Part shown: positions 1-13,745 of the stretch, one piece after another
How positions within the stretch are numbered: the stretch's first letter is position 1
Layout: the number at the start of each line of letters is the position of its first letter
Origin: Octopus vulgaris
Lineage: Eukaryota
Assembly: GCA_951406725.2 (NCBI GenBank)
Contig: OX597834.1
Span: forward strand, 5,766,001 to 5,830,000
DNA: 64,000 nt
Direction: 5' to 3'
Program-made: the position numbers and the translations under genes
The notes under the pieces: model-generated
Databases searched by the model: none
What the model was told of the DNA's origin: nothing
Seen by the model: the letters and a program-made list of their open reading frames with translations, nothing else

Positions 1-226
1 AATAAATAAAAATTTTAAAATATTAAAAAATTAATTATTATTATATATATTACTTGTTATTTTTGTATTGGTTTACGTCTATCACTGTTTGAGTTGCATA
101 ATAGTGGTTTTATCTCTAATTTATATTTAATATATATATATTCACATGTGCACATATATAGGTTAGTGTATATACATACATGATATATATGCATTTGTGT
201 GTGTATATGCAAATACATACATAATT

Positions 227-393
227 AGGCGCAGGAGTGGCTGTGTGGTAAGTAGCTTGCTAACCAACCACATGGTTCCGGGTTCAGTCCCACTGCGTGG
301 CATCTTGGGCAAATGTCTTCTGCTATAGCCCCCGGGCCGACCAATGCCTTGTGAGTGGATTTGGTAGACGGAAACTGAAAGAAGCCTGTCGTA

Positions 394-426
<33 letters not shown>

Positions 427-637
427 GTTTGTGTGTCTGTGTTTGTCCCCCTAGCATTGCTTGACAACCGATGCTGGTGTATTTACGTCCCCGTCACTTA
501 GCGGTTCGGCAAAAGAGACCGATAGAATAAGTACTGGGCTTACAAAGAATAAGTCCCGGGGTCGATTTGCTCGACTAAAGGCGGTGCTCCAGCATGGCTG
601 CAGTCAAATGACTGAAACAAGTAAAAGAGTAAAAGAG
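227..637 (+). mobile_element. SINE family A (tRNA-derived head, internal (TA)n/(TG)n, GTAAAAGA tail)
   Basis: A-box-like TGGCTGTGTGG and B-box-like GGTTCAGTCC; near-identical to over 25 other copies in the window. Confidence 0.9.
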
Positions 638-1017
638 TATAATTACAGTCACTATTATATGCACATATTGTTTTTATCTAAGAATTTATCTATCTAGCAA
701 GCTAGTTTATCCACCCAGTTTGCTACCCACTTATTTACCTACCGGGAAACATTTCTATAATATTAGCAATGCTTTCCTAATTGCCAAACAAAAATAGCTA
801 ATTGCTAAGTTTATGGAATTTACTGCTAAATTTTCAGTTGTTAAAGAATGTTATGAAAGGCCATTTACTTTATTTTGTGACATAGCGTTTTGCTATTAAA
901 AGTGTAGGCTTTCACTGTGCTTCCTAATACAGCAACAAGTTGCTCTAGGCAGTGCTGCAGTATGGCCACAGTCTAATGACTGAAACAAGTAAAAGGTAAA
1001 AGATATATATATGTATG

Positions 1018-1068
<51 letters not shown>

Positions 1069-1072
<4 letters not shown>

Positions 1073-1132
1073 GAAGTCAGGACGCCATGATAGATCGTTA
1101 GCTCCTACACGCATTTCTTTTCTCTCTTTGTT
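1069..1132 (+). mobile_element. Fragment of the Penelope-like repeat seen at 51555-51762
   Basis: ccgaagtcaggacgccatgatagatcgttagctcctacacgcattt matches 51560-51605; abuts (TA)n. Confidence 0.6.
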
Positions 1133-1434
1133 TCAGTGCATGTGCTCTGTTCGAGTTCATTAATTCTTAACTACTTCTAAGTTTAGTCTGATTCTCTTTT
1201 ATCTCCGTGGTGAGATGGCAGAATTGTTATCATGCTGGGTAAAATGCTTAGCAGCATTTCAGCAGCTCTTACGTACTGAGCCCAAATTTTGCTGAGGTTG
1301 ACTTTCTCTTTCATCCTTTCTGGAGGGGTCGATAAAATAAGTACCAGTTGAATACTAGAGTTGATGTAATCAACGAATCCCCACCAACTAAAATTACTGG
1401 CATTTTGCCAAAATTTAAAGCTATTATTAATAAA

Positions 1435-1785
1435 GAATGTTTTGATTTCAAACTCCATCTGTCTAACACCCGTGGACATGTTTACAAAGTCAGAAAACAG
1501 CACAGCTCCCATGACTTTCGGAAACATTTTTCCACGCTAAGAGTTGCTGAAGCATGGAACAGACTGCCGGCATCAGTTGTTAGTTGTCAGAGAACTGCAT
1601 CCTTCAAAACTTCCATGCTTCATGAGATTCACCAACACTACACCTGGTTTTCTCCTCTCCATACACACGCAAGCATGTATCTGACTCATACACTGTTCAC
1701 TTCCCAGACATTTGTACATTACTGCATATGCTTTATATGCACTTTTGACAAGTTGTGGTGCACCTGAGCACTGTATACAATAATT

Positions 1786-1850
<65 letters not shown>
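1435..1850 (+). mobile_element. 5'-truncated CR1/L2-group LINE 3' end with (ATT)n tail
   Basis: Peptide NTRGHVYKV...FRKHFSTLRVAEAWNRLP is typical of the CR1-group ORF2 C-terminus; 3' UTR ends gtggtgcacctgagcactgta then (ATT)n. Confidence 0.85.
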
Positions 1851-2094
1851 AAATCATTAGAGCATCAGCAAAATGCCTTGTGGCATTTGTTTTGACTCCT
1901 TGCATTCTGAGTTCAAATTCTACTAGGATAAGATATATAAAATAACTGCATCGACTACCCTTCTCATCTCAAAATTGCTGGCATTGTATTAAAATTAGAA
2001 ATAATTATTTTTATAATTGAAGGCAGTTCTCAAAATGCTGAACCTTATGAAGATGACAGAGGACCGAGATATGTGGTGCATTGCTGTACTAATG

Positions 2095-2445
2095 AAGACC
2101 TGCCCACCACAACAGAATTGAAATCCTAAAGCCAATGTGCCACGTGAAAAGCATTGGTGTGAGTGCTGATGCCACATAAAAAGCACTGGTTCTGGTGCCA
2201 TGTAAAAAGTACTTGTGATGGTGCCATCTAAAATGCTTGGTGATAGTGCCAGGTAAAAAGCACCGGTGCTGGTTCCATGTAAAAGGTACCCAGTTCACTC
2301 TGTAAAGTTACTGGCATTTGGAAGGGCATCAAGCTGTAGAAATCGAGCCAAACCAGGTAATGGAACCTGGTGCAGCCCCTGGCCTTGCTAGTTCCTGTCA
2401 AGCAATTGTCCAAACCATGCTAGCATGGAAACATGTTAAGTTATT
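2095..2445 (+). mobile_element. Old family C (RTE 3' UTR-type) copy
   Basis: gtgccacgtgaaaagca repeats followed by ggaagggcatc...catgctagcatggaaa. Confidence 0.65.
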
Positions 2446-3149
2446 ATTATTATTATTGTTGTCGTTGTAGTTGTCGTGGTGGTGGTGGTGGTGGTGGTGG
2501 TAGCATTAGCGATGCTACAGCTATTTGCTGTTATTTATGATTTGTTTCCGTTTTAACTCGATTCCTACTTTGTCTCTGTTTCATTGGACAATATTTTTCA
2601 GTGATGTTATCATCATTAGAATTAATGTCTAATGCACGGCAGAATAATTTGCTCTGCTCTGCTCTGATCTAAAACGCTACACCTACACCCACCCACCCCG
2701 CCGCTCTCCTCAACACTGTGTCCACCCCCACCCCACCCCACCCCGCCCCACCCCGCCCTGCTCCTACTCTTGAAAACACCTTATCAAATATATCTTACCA
2801 CATACCTTGCCGCCGCTGTCGTTTCCTATCCAAGCTTTTGTTAATGCTGCACTTTATACAAGCCTACTGCCCTAAAAATATTATTTTTATTGCTGTTGAT
2901 GTCAATTAATGTTTTGTTAGTTTTACAGCTTTTCAAGAGTGAAAAAAAAAAAAAAAAAAATTAATTCTTTCTAAATTAATCAAACCATTTTAGTTGATTG
3001 CGTTCCATTCATTTTATTATTTCCCTGTTTATATTCCCAATGTTAAATTTTTCCTTTATTCTTCCTTCTGCCTTATTTAATTTTCCAACTCAAAACTAAT
3101 AAAATGATGGCAGCAAAAGTAAATATGTATTTTTATGCATGCGTTTCTC

Positions 3150-3272
3150 TCTCTGTGTGCAGGTGTATGTACTGCTGTGTATACCTGTGTATATGTGAGT
3201 ATATAATGAAATAAAACCAACATCATCTTTCTCCATCTGTACATATGTGTGTACATTTATATATATATGTGC

Positions 3273-3320
<48 letters not shown>

Positions 3321-3774
3321 GTATATATATGCAAATATATGTATATATATATGTATATATATGTATATATGCATATATATTCATACATACACTTCTGTAT
3401 GTATGTTTATATATACACACACATACACACTTATATGCATGTGTATAAAGGTGTATGTATGAATGTGCGTTTATACATGCATATATGTAAGTATAAACAC
3501 ATACATATTCATGTGTGCATATATTGTGTATACTTGAGTGTGAATGTTTGTGTGTGTATAGATATATATGTATATATATATATATATAATGTATGCATAT
3601 ACAAACATACTCAAACAATACTTTTATACATGCATACAGACATCATACGTATATGTATGTTTTTGAATGCGCGTGTGTGTGTGTGTATATATATATGTAT
3701 AAACACACGTACACACAGACACACACATATATATATATATATATAGATAGATAGATAAATAGACAGATAGATAG

Positions 3775-3805
<31 letters not shown>

Positions 3806-3990
3806 GATAGATAGATAGACATAATGTATGCATATACTTACTCAAAATACAAATATACATGCATATACACATTACATATATATTTGTGTGTGTGTGTGTG
3901 TACATATATATATATATTTATATATATATGCATATATATATATATAGGTATATATATATATATATGTATATCGAGAGAGAGAGAGAGAGG
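3150..3990. repeat. Compound (TA)/(TG)/(GATA)/(GA) microsatellite field
   Basis: Direct reading. Confidence 0.95.
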
Positions 3991-4247
3991 GTAGGGAACA
4001 AATAGATAGATAATGTATGCGTACACAGTGTACATTAGAATATCTAAGATAAATTCCAACTCAGCTGCAGTTTGTAAAGCTTATTCTGTGGAAAATAAAC
4101 AAATGTGAATATGTCGTATTATCTTTCCACAGAGAAGAGAATAACATGATATACTTAATACATTTACATTTGCATTAATTTCCACAGAACACGCATTACA
4201 AAGTGCAATCCTGTAACATCAGAATTTCGTTAAAGTTTCTTAAACAT

Positions 4248-4665
4248 AGGCGCAGGAGTGGCTGTGTGGTAAGTAGCTCGCTTACCAACCACATAGTTCC
4301 GGGTTCAGTCCCACTGCATGGCACCTTGGGCAAGTGTCTTCTACTATAGCCTCGGGCTGAGCAAAGCCTTGTGATTGGATTTGGTAGATGGAAACTGAAA
4401 GAAGCCTGTTGTATATATGTATATATATATATGTATGTGTGTGTATATGTTTGTGTGTCTGTGTTTGTCCTCCCAACATCGCTTGACAACCGATGCCGGT
4501 GTGTTTACGTCTCTGTAACTTAGTGGTTTGTCAAAAGAGATCGATAGAATAAGTACTAGGCTTACAAAGAATAAGTCCTGGGGTCGATTTGCTCGACTAA
4601 AGGCGGTGTTCCAGCATGGCCGCAGTCAAATGACTGAAACAAGTAAAGAGAAAGAGAAAGAGAAA
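4248..4665 (+). mobile_element. SINE family A
   Basis: Full-length match to 227-637. Confidence 0.9.
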
Positions 4666-4799
4666 TACATAGGTGCAGGTGTGGTTGTCTGGTAAGAAGC
4701 TTGTTTCCCAGCGACATGGCTTCAGGTTCAATCCCACCTTGGGCAAGTGTTGACTACTAATAGCCTCGGGACAACTAAAGCCAACTTTTATGTCTACAG

Positions 4800-5195
4800 A
4801 TTCTTTTATTCTTTTACTTGTTTCAGTCATTTGACTGCGGCCTTGCTGGAGCACCGCCTTTAGTCAAACGAATTGACCCCAGCACTTATTTTTATAAGCC
4901 TAGTACTTATTCTATTGGTCTCTTTTCCTGAACTGCTAAGTTATGGGGGACATAAACACACCAGCATCTGTTGTCAAGTAAAGGTGGTGGTGGGGACAAA
5001 CACAGACACACAAACATACACAAACACACATGTACATACATATATATTTATATGTTGGGCTTCTTTCAGTTTCTGTCTACCAAATCCACTCAGCAGGCTT
5101 TGGTCAGCCTGAGGCTATAGTAAAAGATATTTGCCCAAGGTGCCACGCAGTGGGACTGAACCCAGAACCACGTGGTAGGTAAGCAAGCTACTAAG
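4800..5195 (-). mobile_element. SINE family A
   Basis: Reverse-complement match, more diverged. Confidence 0.85.
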
Positions 5196-5268
5196 AAGAA
5201 AACCACTTCTGTATTTTTGAACTTGACTTTGGAGTACTTTGACATTTTTTTATCTGTTACTTATATAT

Positions 5269-5593
5269 GTGAAGGCACGTGGCTTAGTGCTCAGGGCATT
5301 CGGCCCATGACTGTAAGGTCGTGAGTTCGATTCCCGGCGATGCATTGTGTCCTTGAGCAAGACACTTTATTTCACGTTGCTCCAGTCTACTCAGCTGGCT
5401 ATAATGAGTTGTACCTTTATTTCAAAGGGCCAGCCTTGTCACACTTTGGGTCACGCTGAATCTCCCTGAGAACTACGTTAGGGGTACGTGTGTCTGTGGA
5501 TTGCTCAGTCACTTGCATGTTAATTTCATGCGCTGGCTGTTCCGTTGATCATATCAGCTGGGACCCTCGTCGTCGTAACTGACGGAGTGCTCC
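5269..5593 (+). mobile_element. SINE family D (tRNA head, tgtgtccttgagcaagacactt core)
   Basis: TGGCTTAGTG and GAGTTCGATTCCC boxes; body shared with 34836-35207. Confidence 0.8.
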
Positions 5594-5615
5594 TAACTTA
5601 TATATGTATATATAT

Positions 5616-6033
5616 AGGCGCAGGAGTGGCTGTGTGGTAAGTAGCTTGCTAACCAACCACACGGTTGCGGGTTCAGTCCCACTGCGTGGCATCTTGGGCA
5701 AGTGTCTTGTGCTATAGCCCCGGGCCGACCAATGCCTTGTGAGTGGATTTGGTAGACGGAAACTGAAAGAAGCCTGTCGTATATATGCATATATATATAT
5801 ATGTGTGTGTGTGTTTGTGTGTCTGTGTTTGTCCCCCTAGCATTGCTTGACAACCGATACTGGTGTGTTTACGTCCCCGTCACTTAGCGGTTCGGCAAAA
5901 GAGACTGATAGAATAAGTACTGGGCTTACAAAGAATAAGTTCCGGGGTCAATTTGCTCGACTAAAGGCGGTGCTCCAGCATGGCCGCAGTCAAATGACTG
6001 AAACAAGTAAAAGAGTAAAAAAAGAGTAAAGAG
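5616..6033 (+). mobile_element. SINE family A
   Basis: Full-length match. Confidence 0.9.
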
Positions 6034-6676
6034 TATATATGCTAGCTGAATAACCTGTTGCTGCCAAGCCATTTTCACAATAAAATAACTTTATTTTAAT
6101 TTCTTTATTGCATGTTAGACCATGTCTTCTCTGAAACATTGACCTCCTGATCAGGATAGATTTCTACTCTATTTCGGTCAATTTATAATGTATCAGTAAA
6201 TGAAGTTTTTGTTTTTTTTTTCTTTTGGTGCATTGATGTAAAGAATTTTCTTACTTCCTTACTCATGAACACACAACATAAACCTAACCATGGGTGAAAC
6301 AGGGCTCTTTGAGGTGTAAACTTGCTACCGAAAATGCTTGCCTTTGTGGTTTGTTAATTGGTCATGGTAAAACTAAAATTGAAGTCATTTGAACTGTAAA
6401 GGGACATTGTCTCTTGAGTCCACGCAACAGAGGCTCTTGTGCACTTACCCTCTAATCAGTGCATCCTGTGCTCAGGTGTCTCCTGAGACCATGCGGCAGA
6501 GGCTGATGTTTGCATATCATCAAGTTTATCCCTTTTCTGTTCGAGTGCCACCTGAGCTTGCTACTACTGCTTTCTGTGGGTCTTTTGACTCTGTCACCCT
6601 AATGAAATTCCTTACACACACACACACACACACAAAACACACACACACAAACACACACACACACAAACACACACAC

Positions 6677-6714
<38 letters not shown>

Positions 6715-7019
6715 CACACAGACACAAAGACACACACATACACACACAAAAACACACACACACACAAACACACTCAACATTAAAGATATACAGAGAAAGA
6801 ATGAGAGAGAGAAAGAGAGCGTGGTAAATATATATAGAGAAGAGGAAAGCTTACAATGAGAGAAAACAAAGACAGACAAATAGAGAGAGGAGTACATAGA
6901 CACATGCACATTTCCTCTGACTGTCTTTCAATACATGTCATTTCAAGAGGGTGAGGGGGACCAGCCTACATGACAGATATAGATAGAGAGAGAGAGAGAG
7001 ATTGAGGAAAATATATATA

Positions 7020-7184
7020 TGTTGGAGTGGCTGTGTGGTAAGTAGCTTGCTAACCAACCTCATGGTTGTGGGTTCAGTCCCACTGCGTGGCCTCTTGGGC
7101 AAGTGTCTTGTGCTATAGCCCCGGGCCGACCAATGCCTTGTGAGTGGATTTGGTAGACGGAAACTGAAAGAAGCCTGTCGTATG

Positions 7185-7225
<41 letters not shown>

Positions 7226-7435
7226 ATGTGTGTCTGTGCTTGTCCCCCTAGCATTGCTTGACAACCGATGCTGGTGTGTTTACGTCTCTGTCACTTAGCG
7301 GTTCGGCAAAAGAGACCGATAGAATAAGTACTGGGCTTACAAAGAATAAGTCCCGGGGTCGATTTGCTCGACTAAAGGCGGTGCTCCAGCATGGCCGCAG
7401 TCAAATGACTGAAACAAGTAAAAGAGTAAAAGAGT
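7020..7435 (+). mobile_element. SINE family A
   Basis: Full-length match. Confidence 0.9.
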
Positions 7436-7439
7436 ATAT

Positions 7440-7628
7440 TTGCATCTTATAACTGTCTCTCTACTGCTCTTTATCTGTCTCTGTGTCTTTTACACTTTTC
7501 CTCTCTCTCATCATCATCATTTAACGTCCATGGAAAGCGGACGTTAAATGATGATGATGAGAGAGAGGAAAAGTGTAAAAGACACAGAGACAGATAAAGA
7601 GCAGTAGAGAGACAGTTATAAGATGCAA
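7440..7628. repeat. Perfect 90 bp inverted repeat with 9 nt loop
   Basis: 7440-7529 is the reverse complement of 7539-7628. Confidence 0.9.
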
Positions 7629-8656
7629 CATACACACGCGCACACACACACACACACACACACACATGCATACACACACTCAGGTAGTCATGGGTTTAAG
7701 CTGGCATTGTTTTAGCCTTTGAATGATGCCATCCCCTAGTTAGGTGTGCAGGCCAGCCTGTATATATAAATATATACATATGTATATGCATGTGTGTGTG
7801 TATGATATGTAATATTGCTTCAATATCCAAGTGTCTCTTGGGAACTTTAACTAACCCAGCTCTGTTTACTCTTTACCTCAGGAGTGAGACACTAATATAT
7901 ATTGTATTTCTGTCATTTGGAAATTTATGATTGGAAGATAAATACATTTTACTCTTATTTACTGAGTTAATTTTTGAGATTTATTTCGTTGCGGTTAATT
8001 TAAAATTTTTTTTCATTTAAAGAACATGTTTCTTTATTAGATGAAACAAAAAAAAAGTCAAAACAGCAAAGCAAAGGACAGTATACAAAAAAAAAATAAA
8101 TATTAATAACAACATTGGTGATGATAGATGGAGTTGATTAAAATCAATTATTGGATCACATATTTTGTGTAAGGCAAATTTATTAGAATCCGACGGAGAT
8201 GGTAACAGCTTTCAACAGGTGGTTCCTGAGCCTATGATTGCACAGCAGACTGCAATTCATTTCAGTTAATCACAACACTAAATTTTAATGAAATTGTAAC
8301 CATTTTCCTTTTCAAAATGGTAAAACAATCTTTTAGGAGTAGCTTGTAACATACACACGCACATAAGTATACATACATACATGCTTGCATGCATAGATAC
8401 ATGCATACAGACATACATGTTTTGACACATGTGCAATGCAAAGACACACAAGCGGAATCACTTACAGACATTTTAATCTAAGATCTGAAGTTCACTTTCC
8501 AACTTCATGGTTTCAGGTTCAGCCCCTCTCTATGGCACTATGGATATGTGCCTTTTATTATAACCCTGGGCTGACCAAATCATTGTAAAGCAATTTAGTA
8601 CACAAAAACAGAAAGAAAACCATCATGTGTAAGTATTCACACACACACACACACTC

Positions 8657-8689
<33 letters not shown>

Positions 8690-8826
8690 AACACACACAC
8701 ACACACACACATACATACACACGTGGCGTTAGGAAGGGCATCTGACTGTAGAAACTATGCCAAAACAGACATGGAACCTGGACAACTCTTCAGTAGATGA
8801 TGATAATGACAAACACATCCACCCAC

Positions 8827-8880
<54 letters not shown>

Positions 8881-8892
8881 AATATATGTATG

Positions 8893-8959
<67 letters not shown>

Positions 8960-8961
<2 letters not shown>

Positions 8962-9165
8962 TTCTCTTTTCTCTCTTTTACTTGTTTCAGTCATTTGACT
9001 GCGGCCATGCTGGAGCACCGCCTTTAGTTGAGCAAATCGACCCCAGGACTTATTCTTTGTAAGCCCAGTACTTAATCTATCGGTCTTTTTTGCCGAACCG
9101 CTAAGTGACGGGGACGTAAACACACCAGCATCGGTTGTCAAGCAATGCTAGGGGGACAAGCACAG

Positions 9166-9206
<41 letters not shown>

Positions 9207-9369
9207 CATATATACGACAGGCTTCTTTCAGTTTCCAACTACCAAATCCACTCACAAGGCATTGGTCGGCCCGGGGCTATAGCAGAAGACACTTGCCCAA
9301 GATGCCACGCAGTGGGACTGAACCTGGGACCATGTGGTTGTTTAGCAAGCTACTTACCACACAGCCACT

Positions 9370-9371
<2 letters not shown>
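8960..9371 (-). mobile_element. SINE family A
   Basis: Reverse-complement match, embedded in (TA)n. Confidence 0.9.
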
Positions 9372-9459
<88 letters not shown>

Positions 9460-9719
9460 TCCATTTGAGTTTAAGCTTAGAGTTTGCCTTATTAATCTGT
9501 CTATGAATATTGGCTATCAGATATTATTGTAAACTGGAAATGGATCAAATTTATACATAAACCTGTTAAGTAAATATTTTCTAGTATTGGTGCAATAATA
9601 CTAATATGATGTATTATTTCATATATTATATCTAGATATTGCACCAATAAAAATCTAATAAAATGTTATTGAAACGGTTGTAGAAAATGAATTGCTTATT
9701 CCATTCTCCTTGCTAATAT

Positions 9720-10960
9720 ATTTGGTTGTTCCAAAAATAATGGCTGCTTTAAGTGTTGTGGTTTTGAAACGTACTTTTATCATAGTATTTTAATTAGATT
9801 TTTGGTGAATTTCGACATACTTAATAATTTATGTATGCTCTTTAATAATTTTCTATTTATATCAGACAGAAAACATTTGTGAAGCATAGGTACCCTTAAT
9901 TATGAACATGACAAAAAGAAGGACCTTTGCTTACTTTTCTTGCATGCATTCAAGTTGGGGCACAATACTTCCCAAACTGCTTCCACTATCAACAGAGCAT
10001 GAGGAGAAGGGTCCACAAGTGATCATATAGTATGAAGGTGGTTTCAGAAATTCCGTAATGGTGATGAGAGCTTGGAGATGAAGAAGGGAGAGGACAGTCA
10101 TGTAGTCTTGATAATGAACAATTAGATGCAATCGTTAAGCAAAACCCACGTCAAAGTGTCAGAGAAATATCTCAGACACCTGGTGTTGGTATTGCAATGG
10201 TCTCACACAATCTGCAGAAGATTGGTAAGATGAGCTAAAGGAAAATCAAAAAGTTCAGTGTTTTAAAGCAAGTTTGATTTGATGCTCTTTCTGTGAAACA
10301 CTCATGATCCTTTTCTTAACTGAATAGCCACTTGTGAGGAAAGGTGACCCAATCATTTATGATAACCATAAATGATTGGGTCAATGGCTGGCTTGATCGT
10401 GATGAGTCCCCCAAACATTTCCCAAAGCCAAAGTTGCATCAGCAAAAGATTATGGTGGCTGTCTGGTGATCTGCAATTGGTGTTGTCCATTACAGCTTTC
10501 TGGAAGCCAGTCAGGGCATTACAGCAGAGGTTTACTGCAATCAACTCACTGAAATGCAAAAAATGAAACCTGCATTGGTGAATCGGTGTGGCCCAATTCT
10601 ACTCCACGATAATGTAAAGCTACATGTTGCAAGAATGACACTTCAGAAACTCACAGACTTGAGATACATATTCTCCTGACCTTCCACCTACTGACTACCA
10701 TTTTTTAAAGCATTTAAACACGTTTTATAGTGATAATACTTTCAGGTCCAAACCAGAGGTGGAATCAACTTTCAAAGATTTCTTAGAATCAAAGCCAATA
10801 AGCTTTTATCAACGAGGCATGAATAATCTCGTTGATCGATGGCAAAGATACAGAGATGTTCACGGCTCATACTTTGACTAATTAAAACATTTCTATCGCT
10901 AATTTTTCCAGGATAAAATCATGTTTCTGAAATCAGCCAATATTTCCAGAACAACCTAAC
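9720..10960 (+). mobile_element. Near full-length decayed mariner (DD34D) transposon
   Basis: Imperfect TIRs ttggttgttccaaaaataatggctg / cagccaatatttccagaacaaccta; broken ORF with RWFQKFRNGDESL, ILLHDN, YSPDLPPTDYH and end GSYFD*. Confidence 0.9.
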
Positions 10961-11085
10961 ATATGTATGTATGTATTTATGTATGTACATATGTACATAC
11001 ATACACATGTATGTATGCAGGTGTATTTATTATTGTTGTGTTAATCTCCACTTGCATGGGTCATTTTTATGTCAAGACAAGGATG

Positions 11086-11125
<40 letters not shown>

Positions 11126-11429
11126 TAACAGTTTCTCTCTAGCAAATCCACTTGGTGCCCATGGGGCCATGCATTGGGACTGAAATTTAACCCTTTAACA
11201 TTCAGATTACTCTGTGAAGTATAATGTTTATTTACTCACATTGTTTTGAATTAGTCATACATTATATTAAAACTGAGATCTTGAAAAGGCAAGAGAGAGA
11301 GAGAGAGAGGGAGAGGTTATGTATGTATGTATGAATGACTTCAGTGACACACACATACACACAGACACACACATGCACGCAGGTTGTTATGTATGTATGA
11401 ATGTATACATAGATGTATGTATCTATATA

Positions 11430-11660
11430 TATTTCTTTACTACCCACAAGGGGCTAAACACAGAGGGGACAAACAAGGACAGACAAAGCGATTAAGTCGA
11501 TTCCATCGACCCAGTGCATAACTGGTACTTATTTAATCGACCCCGAAAGGATGAAAGGCAAAGTTGACCTCGGCAGAATTTGAACTCAGAACGTAATGGC
11601 AGACGAAATACGTCTACGCATTTCGCCCGGCGTGCTAGCGTTTCTGCCAGCTCGCCGCCT
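11430..11660 (-). mobile_element. SINE family B (Nin-domain-like core)
   Basis: Minus strand ggcggcgagctggcagaa head, gagttcaaattc B box, gcctttcatcctttcggggtcgat core. Confidence 0.85.
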
Positions 11661-11979
11661 TCTATATGTATCTATATATGGCCAAGAGAGAGTGAACTGA
11701 AATTTTGTTATTCACTTTTTGTAGTGAGTGAATGTGTGAGTGACTGACAGATAAAAGGAGAGAAAGGTTGTGTATATTTGCGGGGGATTTCCATTAGAAA
11801 AGTTCCAATCGATTTTCTTGCTAAGTATGGGGGCTAGGAAAAAATAGAAACTGCATTCCAATCAATGCACCTGTCTCCACATGTGTACCATTTTTCATGC
11901 GAATCCACCCAGCCGTTTGGCTGTGAGCCTCAAGACAAGAAAAACTACAACGCCCACCCATGTCCAATTTATATTACAT

Positions 11980-12145
11980 AGGCGCAGGAGTAGCTGTGTG
12001 GTAAGTAGCTTGCTAACCAACCACATGGTTCCGGGTTCAGTCCCACTGCGTGGCATCTTGGGCAAGTGTCTTCTGCTATAGCCCCGGGCTGACCAATGCC
12101 TTGTGAGTGGATTTGGTAGACGGAAACTGAAAGAAGCCCGTCGTA

Positions 12146-12194
<49 letters not shown>

Positions 12195-12405
12195 CTGTGT
12201 GTGTGTATGTTTGTGTGTCTGTGTTTGTTCCCTAGCATTGCTTGACAACCGATGCTGGTGTGCTTACGTCCCCGTCACTTAGCGGTTCGGCAAAAGAGAC
12301 CGATAGAATAAGTACTGGGCTTACAAAGAATAAGTCCTGAGGTTGATGTGCACGACTAAAGGCGGGGCTCCAGCATGGCCACATTAAAATGACTGAAACA
12401 AGTTA
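11980..12405 (+). mobile_element. SINE family A
   Basis: Full-length match. Confidence 0.9.
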
Positions 12406-12435
12406 ATTAAAAAAAAAATATATATATATATATTT

Positions 12436-12690
12436 GGCGGTGCCCCAGCATGGCGGTGCCCCAGCATGGCGGTGCCCCAGCATGGCCACAGCTCATTAGC
12501 TGAAACTGGAAAAATCAAAAATCATATATATATATAGGCGCAGGAGTTAATTAATGCTGGTGTGTTTAGGTCCCCGTCACTTAGCGGTTCGGCAAAAAGA
12601 GACCGATAGAATAAGTACTAAAAGGTGGTGCTCCAGCATGGCCGCAGTCAAATGACTGAAACAAGTAAAAGAGTAAAAGAGAGAGTAAAA
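12436..12690 (+). mobile_element. Triplicated retroposon tail (ggcggtgccccagcat x3) plus internally deleted family A copy
   Basis: Direct reading. Confidence 0.7.
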
Positions 12691-12770
12691 GAGTATATAT
12701 AATATTATATATACATAGATATTGATCATCTGTATTATTATTCCTGGATGGACAGATGGATCTTTTCCCA

Positions 12771-13203
12771 TAGGCGCAGGAGTGGCTGTGTGGTAAGTAG
12801 CTTGCTAACCAACCACATGGTGCCGGGTTCAGTCCCACTGCGTGGCATCTTGGGCAAATGTCTTCTGCTATAGCCCCGGGCCGACCAATGCCTTGTGAGT
12901 GGATTTGGTAGACAGAAACTGAAAGAAGCCTGTCGTATATATGTATATATATATATGTATGTGTGTGTATATGTTTGTGTGTCTGTGTTTGTCCCCCTAG
13001 CATTGCTTGACAACCGATGCTGGTGTGTTTATGTCCCCGTTACTTAGCGGTTCGGCAAAAGAGACCGATAGCATAAGTACTGGGCTTACAAAAAAAAAAA
13101 AAAAAAAAAAAGAATAAGTTCCGGGGTCGAGTTGCTCGACTAAAGGCGGTGCTCCAGCATGGCCGCAGTCAAATGACTGAAACAAGTAAAAGAGTAAAAG
13201 AGT
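12771..13203 (+). mobile_element. SINE family A
   Basis: Full-length match with an expanded internal A-run. Confidence 0.9.
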
Positions 13204-13477
13204 ATACAGCATATCACCAATCAACACGATCATTTGTCCTCTCTTCCGTGCGATGCAACAATTTCAGATTTGTTTTCATGATTTCAGCCCAAAGGCTCCG
13301 TTTACTCTCTGAATGTTCAGCACTTTATTCCACTCTCCTCCCACATCAACATCATTTGCATAATACACCAATGCAGTCTTTTTCTTTTGCATATTTAATT
13401 TGATTCCTTCTATGTTCAGTCTACTTGTGCTTTTCTTCTTCATGCACACTTTCCTTTCTTTGCTGTGAATCCCAGGT

Positions 13478-13478
13478 A

Positions 13479-13510
<32 letters not shown>

Positions 13511-13551
13511 CATGTGTGTGTGTGTGTATGTGTGTGTGTGTGTGTGTATGT

Positions 13552-13646
<95 letters not shown>

Positions 13647-13647
13647 T

Positions 13648-13688
<41 letters not shown>

Positions 13689-13694
13689 TGTGCA

Positions 13695-13726
<32 letters not shown>

Positions 13727-13745
13727 TGTGTATGTGCGTGCATGT

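Noticed and set aside
225-697. Recurrent ORFs MSSNARGTNTDTQ... and [15 protein letters not shown]...
   Set aside because: They are translations of SINE family A on either strand, mostly from non-ATG starts
2722-2758. C-run tract (G-quadruplex potential on the minus strand)
   Set aside because: Simple (CCCCA)n repeat with no promoter evidence
3096-4059. YI/HT/CV-repeat ORFs (also at 13.3, 24, 34.1, 49.2, 63.4 kb)
   Set aside because: Microsatellite translations
5269-5345. tRNA genes at SINE heads
   Set aside because: A/B boxes only, no full cloverleaf, continuous with SINE bodies
8188-8219. Possible 32 nt micro-exon (ESDGDGNSFQQ)
   Set aside because: Weak splice signals and no partner exons
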